Shown here: one piece after another, positions 12,803 to 27,905 of the stretch
How the letters are laid out: each line of letters starts with the position of its first letter
Position numbering within the stretch: the first letter of the stretch is position 1
Source of the DNA: Penicillus capitatus
Lineage: Eukaryota; Plantae; Chlorophyta
Assembly: GCA_965649825.1 (NCBI GenBank)
Contig: OZ287715.1
Location: 121,766 to 185,765, forward strand
Direction: 5' to 3'
DNA length: 64,000 nt
Notes under the pieces: model-generated
Told to the model about the DNA's origin: nothing
Databases searched by the model: none
Seen by the model: only the letters and a program-made list of their open reading frames with translations
Made by a program: the position numbers and the translations under genes

Positions 12803-14005
12803 TTGATGGGGACGCCAATGAAACAGCATTCATTCTTCAAAGCTTCATGCTGGCTGAAGTGCGTTTTGAATGGCCGTGTTTGACAAAAGACGGTATTCGT
12901 GCGTCACGCAGCAAACATTGACGACAATTGCCAAGAGGGTCGACGTCGCAGCGTCGCTGTTATCTGCATTCTTCTCTCTGTTCTCTTTCGCGATGATGTA
13001 GGGCACCATCGATTGTGAGTTGACAAGTGTGGAGAAAAGCGAAAAGCGCCACGATCAATGTCACAGGCACTCCAGCAAGGAGACTTGTACCCAGTAAGAA
13101 CACATGATCAGAGCAGTGAATCCAAAGAACCTAACAACGAACAGGATTTTGAGCTGTTCGTCATCAGTCGAGGAGTCTTACGCTGGAAATAGATAGATGC
13201 ATTTGCAGCGTGCAATATGTTTGGCAGTCGACGGCGGTAAACATGACTTTGAGAGGCAGAGACACCACCCAGATAGAGGTACCATAGAGCAAATGCAAGA
13301 AATGAGTCACTCAAACCCACATGTTAACAAAGGCTTCTGAAGATAATGAGAAGCAAAATCAAGGTTCCTCCTGCCACTGCTATCGTTCTCAACTGAGAGA
13401 CGACAAAGTGATGATCTCCCTCGAAAGAGGCAAAACACTATACCCAGAGGTCGTTGATGATGGAAGGCGAAACGCCTGTCTTGACGACGACGACGTCGTT
13501 TTCGTCGCCTCCGCTTCTAAGCCGACTTTCAGAGATGACCGTTGCCCGTGGCCTTAGAGCGAAGGCTGGTCCTGCGGGAAGAAGCTTCTGCACGACGTCG
13601 CGGCGACAGGATATTCGACCGCGCCCTGAGCTTCTTCGAAGAGAGAAACGGATGGGGATAAGAAACTGCACAGAAGGTGAAGGTGCATGTCGTTTTGGAC
13701 ATCTGTCCCCCAGAGTGGCCTCGCCGCTCGACTGCGTTGATCTGTGTCTTCTTGATCATGGTGGAAGTGGAGGTGGTCGCATCACTGCCATCACCATTTC
13801 ACTCTCAAATTGACTGATGGGTAGACAGACAGACAGACAGACATCTGAGGTCCAGGCGACGCATTCGGTTACTGAAATCTGAAACGGACTGAGTGGGAAA
13901 CGATGATGGAGAGGAAGGCGCTGACGCTAAGGGATGGCCGTGTGTACGTGTGCCAGTTAGATGGTGCTCATGCTTAATACTGGTCCATGCTGGTCTTAAA
14001 TGAGC

Positions 14006-15352
14006 TCAACGTCCCCTTCTGTCAGGAGGAGGGGAACGAGATCTGTGTCTATAAGGCTCGACTCTCCTGACTTCACTACGTCTTCGAGCATCTCCATAAT
14101 GACCGCCTCCCCTCGCTGCTCCATCTGCATCGTCTCGGCTGTCTGCACGGGGAACTCCTTCGCGTCTTCGATCATCCATGTCTGGACTTCTCCATCTCGG
14201 ATTCGCCTCTCTGCCATTATTATTATTGTTGTTGGCGTAGTTGTTGTTGTAATGTCGCCTGTCACGATCCGTCTGATTCCAACGACGGTGTCCCTCTTCG
14301 CGATCGCGCATCTGTTGTCGACGATCGTAATCCATCCACTGACCCTGTCTCGATGGATCGCTCCTGTGATAGTAATCATCATTACGCTGTCCTCCCTGTG
14401 CTCGATAGCCACCACGCCTAGAACATCCACCACCAAGTAACGAACGAACAAGAACAGAATTGCCAGAACACACACCTGCCATCATAACTGCCGCCGCCAC
14501 CATAGTCTCCACGCTCATTCCTGAACAAAATAACACAGATGTCCTCCCCCGCTGTGGCCACAGTAGATGGAAGTGAAAGGAAGAACACCTACCGGCTGTC
14601 ATAGTGACTGTGCGAATACATTTGATTGGCAGAGTGTGGATCATCACGAGAGTATCTGCGACTTGCCATGGGTGGTTCGTACGAACGTCGACGAGTGTCA
14701 TGAAAGGAACGCTGTCCATTGTAGCCTTCTGAATGTGGCTGATATCTCCTGGGATAATCTCGCGTCCAGTCCCCTCCTCCATCCCTTCTGGATGAGGGTC
14801 GCCTTTCCGGACTACCCGGGCGACGTGGAGATCTGTCTCCTCTGGGTCTCTCAAACGGACGTGCCTTGCTGACGGTCACCACACGGCCATCGATGCGAGT
14901 ATTATGCATGTCCCGAATGGCCCAATCCATGTCTTTCTGCGTTGCAAAGGTGATAAAACCGAATCCCCGTGGACGCTGGGTCGCCAGTTCTCTCATAATC
15001 ATGACTTCTTTTGGATTGTACTGGCGAAAAACTACAGCCATCAGACACCATACCATTTTTAACCGCCACACGAAAAGGCCAAGAACAACGACGCGGAAAG
15101 AATACAGGAGAAATGTCAGCCATACGAGACTGCCTTGCCGACGATGCGCGTATCGACGTATCATTATGTGTATGACGCACTCGAAAAGAGTTCATTCTCA
15201 TCGGTTGCTCTTGATATTCCGCCGACGAACACTTTGAAGACAGCCTCACTGCCTTCGCCTTCAGCGCCTTCCATGTTTGCAGGCACTGGGCTTCGTTCGT
15301 TGTGTCGCTTGTCGCTCATTGGCGTGTCCCCCGGACTGTGCGTCTCGGCCAT
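14006..15352 (-). CDS. RRM-containing, Arg/Asp/Ser-rich RNA-binding protein
   Basis: RNP2 KVFVGGIS and RNP1 RGFGFITF, followed by DGRVVTVSKAR and a long RS/RD/RGG low-complexity tail ending RSRSPPPDRRGR*. Internal exon boundaries are approximate. Confidence 0.8.
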
Positions 15353-15636
15353 CGCGTCAACAAACAGAATGCCGTGCTCGACGTCGCTTCGAATGTTAGA
15401 AGAAGATCATGAGAGCGTTAATGCATGATGGTATAGCCATAATCGTAACGTCAGACACCGGACCATCAGTCAAGAACGTGTAGCGCCACGCGCGTGTTTG
15501 TTTCCCCGACGAAAGACAACAAGAATTTCAAAAACGTTGAATTTGTGTGCACTCTCCGAACGACAGTGTTCTCGCCGAAGTCGCACTTCTGCCGACGGCT
15601 GTTTCTTGGACCGAGGTTTTCAACGCTTCGCCGTTT

Positions 15637-18600
15637 ATGGCTACAGATCCAGAACAGTCCAAAGGTGTCTGCCGTCACCGAGTCTGACGTCTTTGTGGCG
15701 TCCAAGCACACCTTGGAGCGTCGTTTACCAGCCATATGCTCTCTTTCTTAGGCGATACTCCTTCTCCGCTTCCGACAGAAAGTACGAGCACTTTGACGCG
15801 AGAAGGTTCGTTGACGCCGCAATGGATGCAGCCAAAGTCTGGCAGTGGAGTACGGCGCCCGTTCCATATCGTCTTCTCACGTTCTGTGGTGAAGGGGACA
15901 GCATTTTCAGGAGCCCCACACTCGACTCGGTCGCGTCTCGGGAATGACGCCGACCGCCAGACAGACGCGAGCATGCGCAGGCGCTCTGAGTCACTTGGCG
16001 GCAACGAGGCACTGCTGTCCAAAGCCCGTGACCATGAACGTGTGCGTCCTCCAAAGTGGACTCCTGATGACAGAGAGACATGGAAACCGAAAGAGCGTTG
16101 GGCGAATGGGCCAGATAACTCAAAGCGTTGGCTGGATGTACCGACAACTGGCCGACAGAAACGTATGCTATGCTTTCATGTCGCCGTACTCTTGATTGAG
16201 TCTGTGTGTGTGCATCGATGACATCAGAGGGCTGGGGCACAGGTGATGTCCTTTCCAGAAGTCACGGAGACAGATGGAACACAGAGGGAGGCCGTTGGAC
16301 GGAAGAGCGTCGACAGCCAGAGGAGAAGGATTACGTTCCGAAGAATGCAAGATGGAACGACGAAGGTGTTGTTGTCTTGCCACTCACTGTATTGATGTGA
16401 TTTGCATCTATCTGTGCAGAGAGAGCAGAGCGTTGGCGATCGTCAACGAGTGGTCGTAATGACGTGGTCGGTCGTGGCAGAGGGCAGAATCCGAGAGGAC
16501 CTGGTAAGAGATGAATGACATCGTGCATTGGGTGATGGTCTTGAGATATGTTGTGTTTGTCTAGGAGGGAATCGACGGATGATCTCAGATGCGCATGTCA
16601 CATCCGATTTGAATGGGGTGCATGCAGGAGATTCAGGAAGCAGAGTGAAGCAAACAGAGGACGGACGTGTGCGCTACAGCAAGAAGGAATTGCATGATAT
16701 CTGCCACTCTCTTCAGGAAAAGATGGGTCCTGCATTAATGCTGCCCAAGGGAGTGGACACATCGTATCCGTACTTGTTCAAATCAGATGTGAAAATGCCA
16801 TCCGCAGAGGCGAGTCCGAGAGAGCAGAAAGAAGTTGTTCCACAGACACCACCGCCTCCTGCAGCTCCTCCGATGCCAGAAATTGACGGCATTGGGCCTG
16901 ATGAATTGGAAGCGGACTCATGGGTGTACAAAGATCCCAACGGTCAAGTTCAAGGCCCTTTCTCCAAGCAGGAAGTGCTTGCGTGGTGGGAAGAAGGATA
17001 CTTTCCACCTAACCTCCCTGTACAGTCGCAGCTTTCTGCAAAAGAAAACTGGGTGCCACTGGAAAAACTGCTGAAGTTGTGGGGTGTATCGGTCGAGAAT
17101 GGTACTTCGGCGGCAGAAGATCCTCCAAGAGAGGCTGCTCCACCGCCTCGAAAGCTGGAGGGTTGTGATTCTTTGGTGACAGTCGGATCTCACATTTCGA
17201 CCACACTGTTGTCAGATATGAACGCTGACAACGTGGAGGAGATACCCAGCAGCCAACCTGTGACAGAAGCACCTTCTGGTTTTCCGTCGTATTCATCTCA
17301 GCCTCCTCCTCAAGTGCAGCCACAGCAGATGCAGCAAGCACAAATACAGACAGCACCATCACAGTTTCAGAATCCAGTTTCCGATTTGCAGCAGACCATG
17401 CAGAATCTGCTGTTGCAACGCCAAAAGCAGAGTCAACAGGCAGCCGCAGCAGCTGGTGTAAATGTAAGTGGATTGGATTTCTCCAATCCCTCTCTTGGGT
17501 CTACTGGTCTCTCTGGCCTTCGTCCTGGCGTGTCTTTCCCACAGAACAATCCATTTATTGGAGCATACGGCCTGCAACAGCAACAGCAGCAGCGCCCGGC
17601 CGGACTCCAGAACAATGCCTTCTTGACACCTAGTGTGTTGGAAGCATTGCAGCAAAGAGTGAATGCACAGCAGCAGACGTTGAACAGGCCACAGATGCCG
17701 TCGCCTTATGGATTTGATATGAATTCTGGTCTCAGAAATCAGCTGCACAACCAAATGCAAGGACAGGTCAATCTCGCCGCCTTGTTAAACCAGAATCAGA
17801 TGGCTCAGGGAGGCAATGAGCAACGGACTGCTACACCGTCTGACTTACAGAGATTGCTTCAGGCAAAAATGCTGCAACAGGCGCAGCAGGCACAACAGGT
17901 GCAGCAGGTACAACAGGCACAAGGCAATTCTTATGGCGGCCTGAACAATCCCCTTTCTGCTGGAGCTTTTGGAGGCAACATCAGAGCCCCGTTTATGCAG
18001 CAGCCTCAGCAACAAGCTCAGTGGGGAAATCATATGCCAAGCGCCTATGGAGCACTAAATTCACTGTTACAGCAGCGATCTCAGCAGATGAATCCACAAC
18101 AACAACATTTGGCACAGGCCATGCTATTGAACAAACTTCAGGGAATGCATTTTCCCAATCAGCAATTGGGCATGAATCGCCCTCCAGTTCCCAGCCGCGA
18201 ACACCTTTTGTCTCTGGCCCAGCTTCAAGGAAGTGCAGGCGGAGGAGATGAGTCCATGGTAGATGTCTTGGTCCAGCAGAGACAAAGGAATAACATGTCA
18301 CCACCGAACAATGCATTTCAGACACAGCTGGATAACAACTTTGCATTGATGGGACAGAGCACTGCGCCACCTTCATTGCCACCCTTCAACTATCCGAACC
18401 CAAAGCAGATGCCGTTTCCTCAGCACATCCTGCAACAACTGACAGGACGTTCAGAAGGCAATCCAACCACAATGCCCGAAGCTATCAAGGGGCCCAATCC
18501 TCCCATGCTGAGTCTGGATGCGGTTACCAAACCGGATCCCTCTTCTGAGGCACCTCCGCCCAAGCTGTCTCCAGCATCCGATCAACGATCGAAGATGAAT

Positions 18601-19801
18601 GCATGGGGCGTGAACCCAGCGCCAACAAGTCTGTTGATTGGTGGTTTCCCTGATCGTGTGGTGAGTGTTTTTGTGTGTCTAGGCACGACATCTTTGCTGG
18701 AGATTCAGGAACAGGAGAGCAAGAGTGCGCAGCAGCAGAGTATCGTTTCCAAGGAAAAGCCCGCTCCGTCACTGGCTATTGGCCCAGTGTCGGGAGGTGG
18801 CTGGAATGTGCAGCCTATGAAGCCGACACCCCTTGTCGATATCATGCAGGAGGACAAGTCTAAGAAACAGGCCGAAGCTGCAGCACAGTCCAAACCACCA
18901 GCAAATCCGACCCAATCAGCAAAGCACGTTTCTTTGTCTGTTCTGACTCATCTCATCTGAGATGGAAAGGTTTCATGGTGTAGACAAGGCACTGCCTGGA
19001 CCAAAAAAGCAGGACGGAACGGGGCTCAAGCAGTGGCAGGAGATGAATCAGGAAAAGGGGACTCTCTGACGTTCAAGGAGGTAGCTCTGCAGTAGTAGGA
19101 AAGAAGAGCCATGACCATCAAAGCTGGATGTCTTTGTCTTTTAGGAGAAAGAGAGTGGTGGTTTCTGGAATTTAGCATCTACTGAAGTCACGACCGATTC
19201 CTGTGACTTGGATTTTTCTCATGACGCTAGCGAGTCCGAAGTTCAGTTGTTTTCTGGTCAGTTGAAAATCTCCCAGCAGTTTCGCGAATGGTGCAAAATG
19301 AATATGGTTGCGTTGGGTGGATCTGGGGACGTTGCCCTTATCGAATTTCTATTGTCCTTGAAAAGCCGTTCTGAAATTGCTGATTACATCCAGGAGTACT
19401 TTAAAGAAGCCCCCCCAGATAAGCTATCTGTTTTCATTTCGGAATTCTTGAAGAGGAAGGACGCAGACTCATCCCAGATTAAGAAGGAACGTGGCAATCA
19501 AAAAACTAGAAAAAAGACATCGAAGTCGAAAGACCCAAGCAAAACCATCAGCAATGCTGTCGAATTGGATACTGTATCATCTGGAACATCAGAATCTCAT
19601 GGCTTGGATGCACCAGGATCGGGGAAAGGAACATCGATGACGACGACAACGACAACGACAACAACAACGCGCGCAAGGGAGAACAAGTCTAAACCAAAAG
19701 TTAAGAAACAGGCAAAAGGTCAACAAATTCCTGCGGACATGTTGGGCTTCAAATCCAATGTTAACTCGGGTACTGTTTACCGAGGAAACCCTAATGGATA
19801 A
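15637..19801 (+). CDS. GYF-domain protein, EXA1/GIGYF-like
   Basis: N-terminal LTPQWMQPK (EXA1 LSPQWL-type), RYSKKELHDI (4E-binding-like), GYF domain WVYKDPNGQVQGPFSKQEVLAWWEEGYFPPNLPV, Q-rich middle, C-terminal WCK..M..L...D..LIEFL...FISEFLKRK. First exon MATDPEQSK|G joins by a GT-AG intron. Confidence 0.88.
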
Positions 19802-20262
19802 GAACTGACTGATTGATTGACTGACTGACCGACTCTCTGATGTTGGCGTTCTCGTGCTGATCTGCTTGTTGACGATGTACGTGTACGTACGTACTGATTC
19901 TTCTTGATATCGTGTGGAATCCTGTTCCTGCATTATTTTTGAGCTAGATTCACTGTCAGCCATTTAACTGATGAACACCGGATCGATTTCTCTCTCTTTG
20001 TTGATTGTACACTGCGTGCTCTCTTTGCTCAAGTCATGCGATGCCATGCGTTTAATAAGACGACCAACTATGCTATCTGTCAATGACAGGCACCTGCATT
20101 CTTCAATATCGACCGACCAAACATTACAGACATGTCAACCGCCACTGAGAGCAATTCAATCCGGTAATGATACTGTTCATATTCATTCACATGCAGAATG
20201 GGACAACCAACCCATACACAGAGCACGAATGAATGCATGCAAGCATGAGCGAGTGCGCAAGA

Positions 20263-21267
<1,005 letters not shown>

Positions 21268-21438
21268 CTATTCAATTAGATCGAGGGTGAAGTTCGCAAA
21301 CGACCTCAGGCTCAATTGGATTGTACAGCCTACACCTCCTCATGTCCGTTGACAACGGTTTGTCGATGGAATACTGACGGCCTTCTAATGATGATTGCTG
21401 TCTACCAGCAGAGTATCTATCTGCATCACCCATCGCCA

Positions 21439-23440
21439 TCATCTGGAGAGTAACGGATTCCAACTCAGTTTCAGGATGCTCTTGAGTTTCGAGATTTTGA
21501 TCAAGAGGGTCGGACTGAAAACAGTGGCAAGATTCAGAAAAGAAACGGCAAAATTCAAACAGCACAGAAGCAGGACAACAATGATCAAAAGATTCGATTG
21601 TTTAGCGAAAGAAGAAGATTTCAAAGCCATCAAACCAAAGAGAGAAACGCAAAATCCAATGACACCCATAGTTATCTGTGCTCTCCAGATAGACTGATTC
21701 TGCTCTACCTGTACAACCTCTATTCTATCCTGCAACTTTTCAAGTGTCGCTGTCAAGTGCTTCATTTGATCGGTCAGGAGGTCTGTGTTGGACTTGGTTG
21801 TTTTCTGCGCTTTCCATAATTCGTCGATGGTTTGCATCAGTCCTCCTCGAAGCTCATCCACATACTGAGACAAGACGTCTGTACTCCCCTTCAATGTCTG
21901 AACATCCTGATGCATTTTCCGGAAAGTGGACAGGGAAGCTGCTGTGTCTCCATTGCGTGCAACCACCTTCTTGACCAGCGACTCTTCGTCCGATTCTCTC
22001 TGTCGATCTTCTGAAGACACGCGTGTGTGACTCTCATCGTTCTGTTCTATTTGCAGCATGGCAACGAGGGAGGGATCTGCTTCTTCAGGAAGCTTGTTCT
22101 CACGATGCGTATCTTTATCTGCAGATGTAGGAAGATGCATCTCTGATCCTACCGGTGCCACAGATTCTGGATCCTTGCTCTCACTTGTCTTCGTCGGACT
22201 GTCCTGTGTACTGCCTTCATCGTGGACAGCCTCTCCGAGCAGCGTTTCGAGATGATTTGCAGGGCTGAGTCCATAGACACTAATGTCATTTATGGTACAG
22301 GCTGTTCCCATTCCGTGATATGCAACGATCCGAATGCCCACATACTTCACACGACCCTTGGATATCACAGTAAAGTGCTGAGTACCTTTCCTGTTTTCTG
22401 GCTTAAGCTCTGTTAGAAACTGCCACTGGGAACCTTCAAAGTTTACTGGATAGCCTGTCAGATTCTTCGAGACACTCGACAGTCGTCCATAGACTTTCAC
22501 TCTGGCCACACGAGGCGAATACAGTTCTTTCATGGTCATCTCGATCATCTTGACTTTTGCTGTGCGAGAGAGTTCCACGATGAACCATTGATCTGCTTTG
22601 CAATCACTCTTCATGAACGTGTCCTTCTTCCCGTCGATAACTCTCAGTGGATGTCTTGCTTCCTGATTGGCACCGACGATTTTTGCGCCGGCATTGGAGG
22701 CGGCCAGATTGATCCACTCTCCAACATCGTCGGATTCAATGGAATCGATGATTTCATTAATTGACGTTGCTTCGATTGACGCATTCTTCAGTTGTTCACG
22801 GAATTTGTCGAGAGATTCGAATCTCTGTTTCCAGTTTTCATGCTCAGAAGATTCCTGTTTTTGCCGGACATCGGCATCTGTAATGATGGAAGCGGTGGGT
22901 GATGCCACGGACATGTCCTCGAGAACTGAATCATCGCAACGGAAACCAAAGGCATGCAGATAGTGGCACCATCGCAAGAGTTCACGTGAATCGTGTGCCA
23001 GACAGATGGGTTCTTCATATGGCATAACGGCTGAAGATTGGGGGTCCGCGTTATCCTTTGTTCGTCGACCCCGAGCATCCTCAAGTGTCTCTAGGTCGTC
23101 GAGTTTGTGCGTAGACACATCATCTCTTCTGGGTTGTTGCGCCGTCAGATGGGAAAATGGATTCCACTCTTGCGCATAACACATCTAAAGAAATGGGACA
23201 ACGCTCGTTGGAATCTCTATGTCATTTTGCAAAAATGTATGAGACCTCCGATGGATCTTCGTCTTCGAGAGGTGTCGCCGTCGAAGAAGGAATACTGTGA
23301 GACCAGCACATCTCGCTCGATGGGAAGGAGTTTGATAGGTTTCCAGTTCTTGACTGTCTGTATTTTTCGCCCCGTTCACGGCATTCACGCGACGGTATGA
23401 AACAGAGAGCGATGACAAAGATAAAAAAGACAGGAAACAT
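21439..23440 (-). CDS. Mid-SUN domain protein (SUN3-5/SLP1-like)
   Basis: N-terminal hydrophobic segment; INLAASNAGAKIVGANQEA...VIDGKKDTFMKSDC..QWFIVELS...ELYSPRV; coiled coil; C-terminal TM helices. Exon 1 joins ORF 21439-23184 in phase 0. Confidence 0.88.
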
Positions 23441-23514
23441 TCGATACTCGGACACGTTCATCGTGTGACGTTTCAGTTTTGGCGAAGAATGAATATCGAC
23501 AGAATCTCCGACAA

Positions 23515-24067
23515 ATGGACGGGAACGGCGTTGAGTCCTCCAAACCGAACGAAGAGCTGCACATGCTTCCCTGTGAAATCGAATTCACGGGATCCGCCAA
23601 CACGGCAACGCACTTCAACGTCACAGAACGCAACGAAGAGAAAAGCAGGTCCACGTTCGACAGGAAACACTTCAAAATGGATGGTTCAGATCCGAAAACA
23701 TATGAGGCGTTCTTTCGAGGTCGACGACTTCTAGGTCAGTTGCCTGCGTCGCAGTAACGATCTCCTATCCAAGGCCGTCTCTGCAGGTCGACGCTTCGCT
23801 TTACCTGCTGGATATGATGGCTACATCGTGTCCAACGACACAACTGCCGCCGAAGAGTCTGAATGGAAGGTGACAGCAACATTTGATGCTGTCACTCAAT
23901 GGAAGCATGACGAACTGCCTCAAAAGGAAGGCCCATTTCCGAGGTCTATGGAGTGGCTACATGTAGCCCAAGCAGTAATTGCTGCATGACGATGTCGATG
24001 ATGATGATGCCATTTGTGGATGTCGCAGTTGATGCAACCGATCGAGCCGAAGGACTGCGAGAAATGA
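23515..24067 (+). CDS. RNASEH2C: Ribonuclease H2 subunit C
   Basis: LHMLPCEIEFTGSA...YEAFFRGRRLLG|RRFALPAGYDGYIV...TFDAVTQWKHD...WLHVAQA|LMQPIEPKDCEK*. The last intron 23975-24028 is inferred; the unspliced stop would be at 23987-23989. Confidence 0.88.
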
Positions 24068-25183
24068 ACGACATGCGACCCTTTCATCGCCTCTTCTGTG
24101 TATTGGCGACGCTATCTGTGACGAGTGTGTCTGCCGAGTGAGAATAGTACTTACCATTCGATCATTCACGGTGCCTTGTCGCGTTTAGCGCGACGTCTGG
24201 TCGTCTACACATTTCGGGACTGACGATAAGACTTACGACGGCAGCAGAGAAGGACAACGTCCTCACCTTTACTGGCAACTATCCCTCATCCGTTCTTACG
24301 GAACAAGACCTCAATACAAACACGGAATTGACAGTGAGATCCCGAGTAGCAGGGGAATATGATTACGCGACAACGCTTTGAACTTCAGGTAAAGTTTGAA
24401 GTGACCAGCAGCAAGACAGCAGAAAAGAATGTTGTTCCTCGGCAATGTTTTTTGATGTTTCAGTTTAAATCCCTCGACGTGGCAGCATACATTCCTGCAA
24501 AGGCTCAAGATGGAAAGCACTCTATCTCCACGAGTGCCAAGTATCTGCTGCAGCAAATTGGACAGCACGAACGGCTGGAACTGAGTTTAATCGTCGGCGA
24601 TCCGCGTTTTGCGGAAGGAGTCGTTTGGAACTTGGGGACGCTGAAGATGGATCCGAATATTCTCAAAGACAGCGGCATTCAGCATCCACCCCTGCCGAGA
24701 AGACTGCACGAACAGAAAACAAAGCCGGAAATCCATCACATCTTTGTAAGAACGCTTGATAGTAGTCATGCATACAAAGCTCACTAAATACCGTCTTGTC
24801 ATTCCCAGCGTGAGCCAGATCCCCGTCCTTCTGTGCTCTTATCTCTCTTCTTTACGGCGCTCAGTATTTTGCCCCTTGTTCATTGGCTGATTTTGACAAG
24901 ATCTTTACAAACGAACTTCGAAGTGAGAAGCTGATCTTCTCTTGTGCATATGTGAGGACTCTCTCGAATGTAGGGACTACCATCAGCTTCGTCGAGGATG
25001 TGGGTGGTGTTCTTTCATGGAGGTCTGGCGCTGATACTCCTTCTCTATGTACTGTTCTTTCTCCGCCTGAACCTTGTCCAACTGTTTCTGCCTTTGGTCT
25101 GCCTATGTGTATTTGTGTTTTTCACTGGGTATCAGACGCTCTGTGCCGTGGCTGGAACAGCGATTAAAGAAAAAATGGAGTAG
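24064..25183 (+). CDS. RPN2: Oligosaccharyltransferase subunit ribophorin II (RPN2/Swp1), short form
   Basis: Signal peptide MRPFHRLFCVLATLSVTSVSA; LSLIVGD...WNLGTL; KPEIHHIF|REP..RP...SLFFT; FHGGLALILLLYVLFF..LNL; basic/acidic C-terminus. Start at 24064 or in-frame 24073. Confidence 0.88.
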
Positions 25184-25237
25184 ACAGAAGTCATTAGGCG
25201 CAACGAAGTGATGTTAGTCGGGAAGCCATGGCAATGG

Positions 25238-26025
25238 ATGGCCCTTCTCCGCGTCGATGTCCGACTGTGGCGACGCGAGATCGATGCTGCTGCACCGTTG
25301 ATATTTAGAGCCGGTTTAAGCTCAACGCGTCCGGGACCATCTCCGCTCCAGCAGCTTCCCACTGTCGTCACTAAAGAAGGGGAAGCGCAAGAACAGTTAT
25401 CGGTGCCTTCAGAGAACAGGTCTGTATGAAGTCTCGAGTGAGAGTTCGACATTCGTTCCTGCGCTGTAGAGTGGCTCGTGCCAACTATCGACAGTTGCCC
25501 ACAAGCGTAAAGAAATTGACACCAGTGGCCAAACTGGTGCGCAAGATGCGTGTGCAAGATGCTTTGCTGCAGTGTGATCTGATCCACAAGAAAGGCGCTG
25601 TGTTCGTACAGAATGCCATACGCTCTGCACGAGCAAACGGAGTCCACAACGATGGCTTGGATCCATCAAAGCTGTTTGTCGAACAGTGCTATGCAACCAA
25701 CGGTCGTTCGCTGAAAAGGATCAAATACCATGCAAGAGGGAGATTTGGCAGAATGAAAAGACGTCGGACGCATCTGACTGTCATACTGAGAGAAGATCCA
25801 TCGCCTCGACCTTCACCACACCGCATTCAAGACACATGGATGCAGAGACAACTCGATCGAGAACGAGGCATTAAAAAGACGGCGACGGAAAAACATCGAG
25901 ATACGAATGGGTATGTCGCAAGGATGAAGTGGACGACGCAGTTGCGGAAATTGAGATTGAAAGAAACGGAAAAACGTCGCAACGCGAAAAGGGAACTCAA
26001 GAATATGCGGTATGCACGAAGATGA
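25238..26025 (+). CDS. MRPL22: Mitochondrial ribosomal protein uL22m
   Basis: ARANYRQLPTSVKKLTPVAKLVRKMRVQDALLQC...KKGA...SARAN...LKRIKYHARGRFGRMKRRRTHLTVILRE; N-terminal presequence-like exon joined by a GT-AG intron. Confidence 0.88.
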
Positions 26026-27443
26026 AGATGATGATGATGATCACACGGAGCAGAACTCTCTGGTGAACCGTGGAAGGATACTGGTCAAATGTTTGTAAAA
26101 AGGTGATAGGATGGACAAAATGAACCGACTTTGCCTCTTTGTCGGTGCAAATATCCAACAACGATTGCAATCTCTCCTTCCATTTTGTCAAAAGCAAAAA
26201 ATACGCAGAAATGCAATGCGAATCTCGGCCGAAGTGGATATGACACTGATGACGGCAAACAACCACAGGATACTCGCTTCAGGAAAAGACATATGGACTC
26301 CATGTATATCGTGTGCAAGACTGTCTTCTGACTTTTGACAGTGCAGATGTCTATTCGTTGCATCCAATTGTCGTCTTGGGTTCTGTCTGTGTCTATCAAT
26401 CCTCTTGAAGGTTCAGTCCATGAGTAAGTCGTGATGCGATGAGACTTCGGCATCACGATCTGTCCTGCGCTAAATGCATTGCGACAGGGAAAAGCTGATC
26501 AAAGCGTGCTCCATTCTATTCCTTTGTTTGCGCGTGAACGGTTTCTACAAGACTGTTCCGACAATTAACAAGACTTGCACCAAGTGAAACATCCATACTG
26601 TTCAATGCCGTACATAACAATGATAACGATTCTTTGATTACAGCGAATCCACATTTGCAACTTAGAAGAGTAAGTGTGACGTGTCCGAAACTAATGCGGC
26701 CGTTATTCTAATGATGCTGAAAGAGCAAATAGCAGACAGCCTACTTGAGAACGTTTTCTCTTACAGATACCTATTCTTTTAAGTGTCCATCTGATCTGAG
26801 TTCATTCCGATGCACCTAGTACTGCTGCGAAGGCGTAGCGCCACTGGTGACGCCACTTTACCGCCCAAGTGTCATCCAAGCCGTCCTAAGTGGACAAGGT
26901 TTGTTTATTAGAGCCCTCAAATACATGCCAAACCGTTGTGGAAATAATGATAGCAGTTGCAGCAATGAAATGAACTACATGACATATAAAAGGGAAGTCA
27001 AACAGTCGTTCCTGTAGCATTTGGTTCGCGACTCTTCACTTCTTCTTTCTTCCGTGTCACAGACTACTAACGCACATGGTTTCGGAGCATGTGAAGAGTG
27101 AGTCCTCAAGAAAAGGCGAGAAGTACAACGAGCCCGTGTCAGGTAGGTGTCATGGAACGGTTGTACTATCGAATTCGAGGTTAACCCGTCAGTGATTACG
27201 CGCAGCTGCCTGACGCCACGTGGAAATTTTTCCGTCTCGAGCGCATATATGTCGCACTCTCGATGGCGCACGGGAAAGATGGTGTACGCATGCAGGATTT
27301 AGTTTCGATCAACACTCCGAAACCATGTGAAGTTAACGGTAAACCTTCCAGATGACTTGTTTCTGACTACCGATGCGCGTCAACGACATTTGAGGCGACG
27401 CGCTACGAACCACAATTACAATGATATCATTTTGTCAGAAGGA

Positions 27444-27850
27444 TTAAAATGTCACATCGGGACTGTCTAGATTTCCAAGGGTTCTGCCTCCGAAGGGGCG
27501 CTCATAAGGGTTCACTGTCACTTGTCCAGCTACATTCTGGGTATAAATCTGTGAATGTGGACATGTAGAGATCTTAGCTCTGTAAGCGTGAAAGCTTTCC
27601 TTTGACACATCTACAGCACCGTTTATAAATATATACCGTCCCAGCATCGGCATGTGAAATATCACGACACCGGCCTCGTAATAGTTGTCCATACTCTCCT
27701 CGTCGAAAGCGAAGAATGTTGCTCAAAAGGCACAACTGTCAATAATAATGCGACCTTAGTAAAAAACGCCGTTAACTTGTAGAAGATATGCCCGAACGAG
27801 TTGACGCAGAAAAGATCAACTGTCAGGTCTGCAATGACCGCTAACGCCAT
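27444..27850 (-). CDS. Hypothetical protein (exon-like fragments)
   Basis: Protein-like reading FFAFDEESMDNYYEAGVVIFHMPMLGRYIFINGAVDV... plus an upstream exon candidate ending at a GT donor; family not recognised. Confidence 0.3.
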
Positions 27851-27905
27851 TCGTACGACGATGATACGACAGGACGCAAGACGATATCCGACTCGAGAAG
27901 CCACT

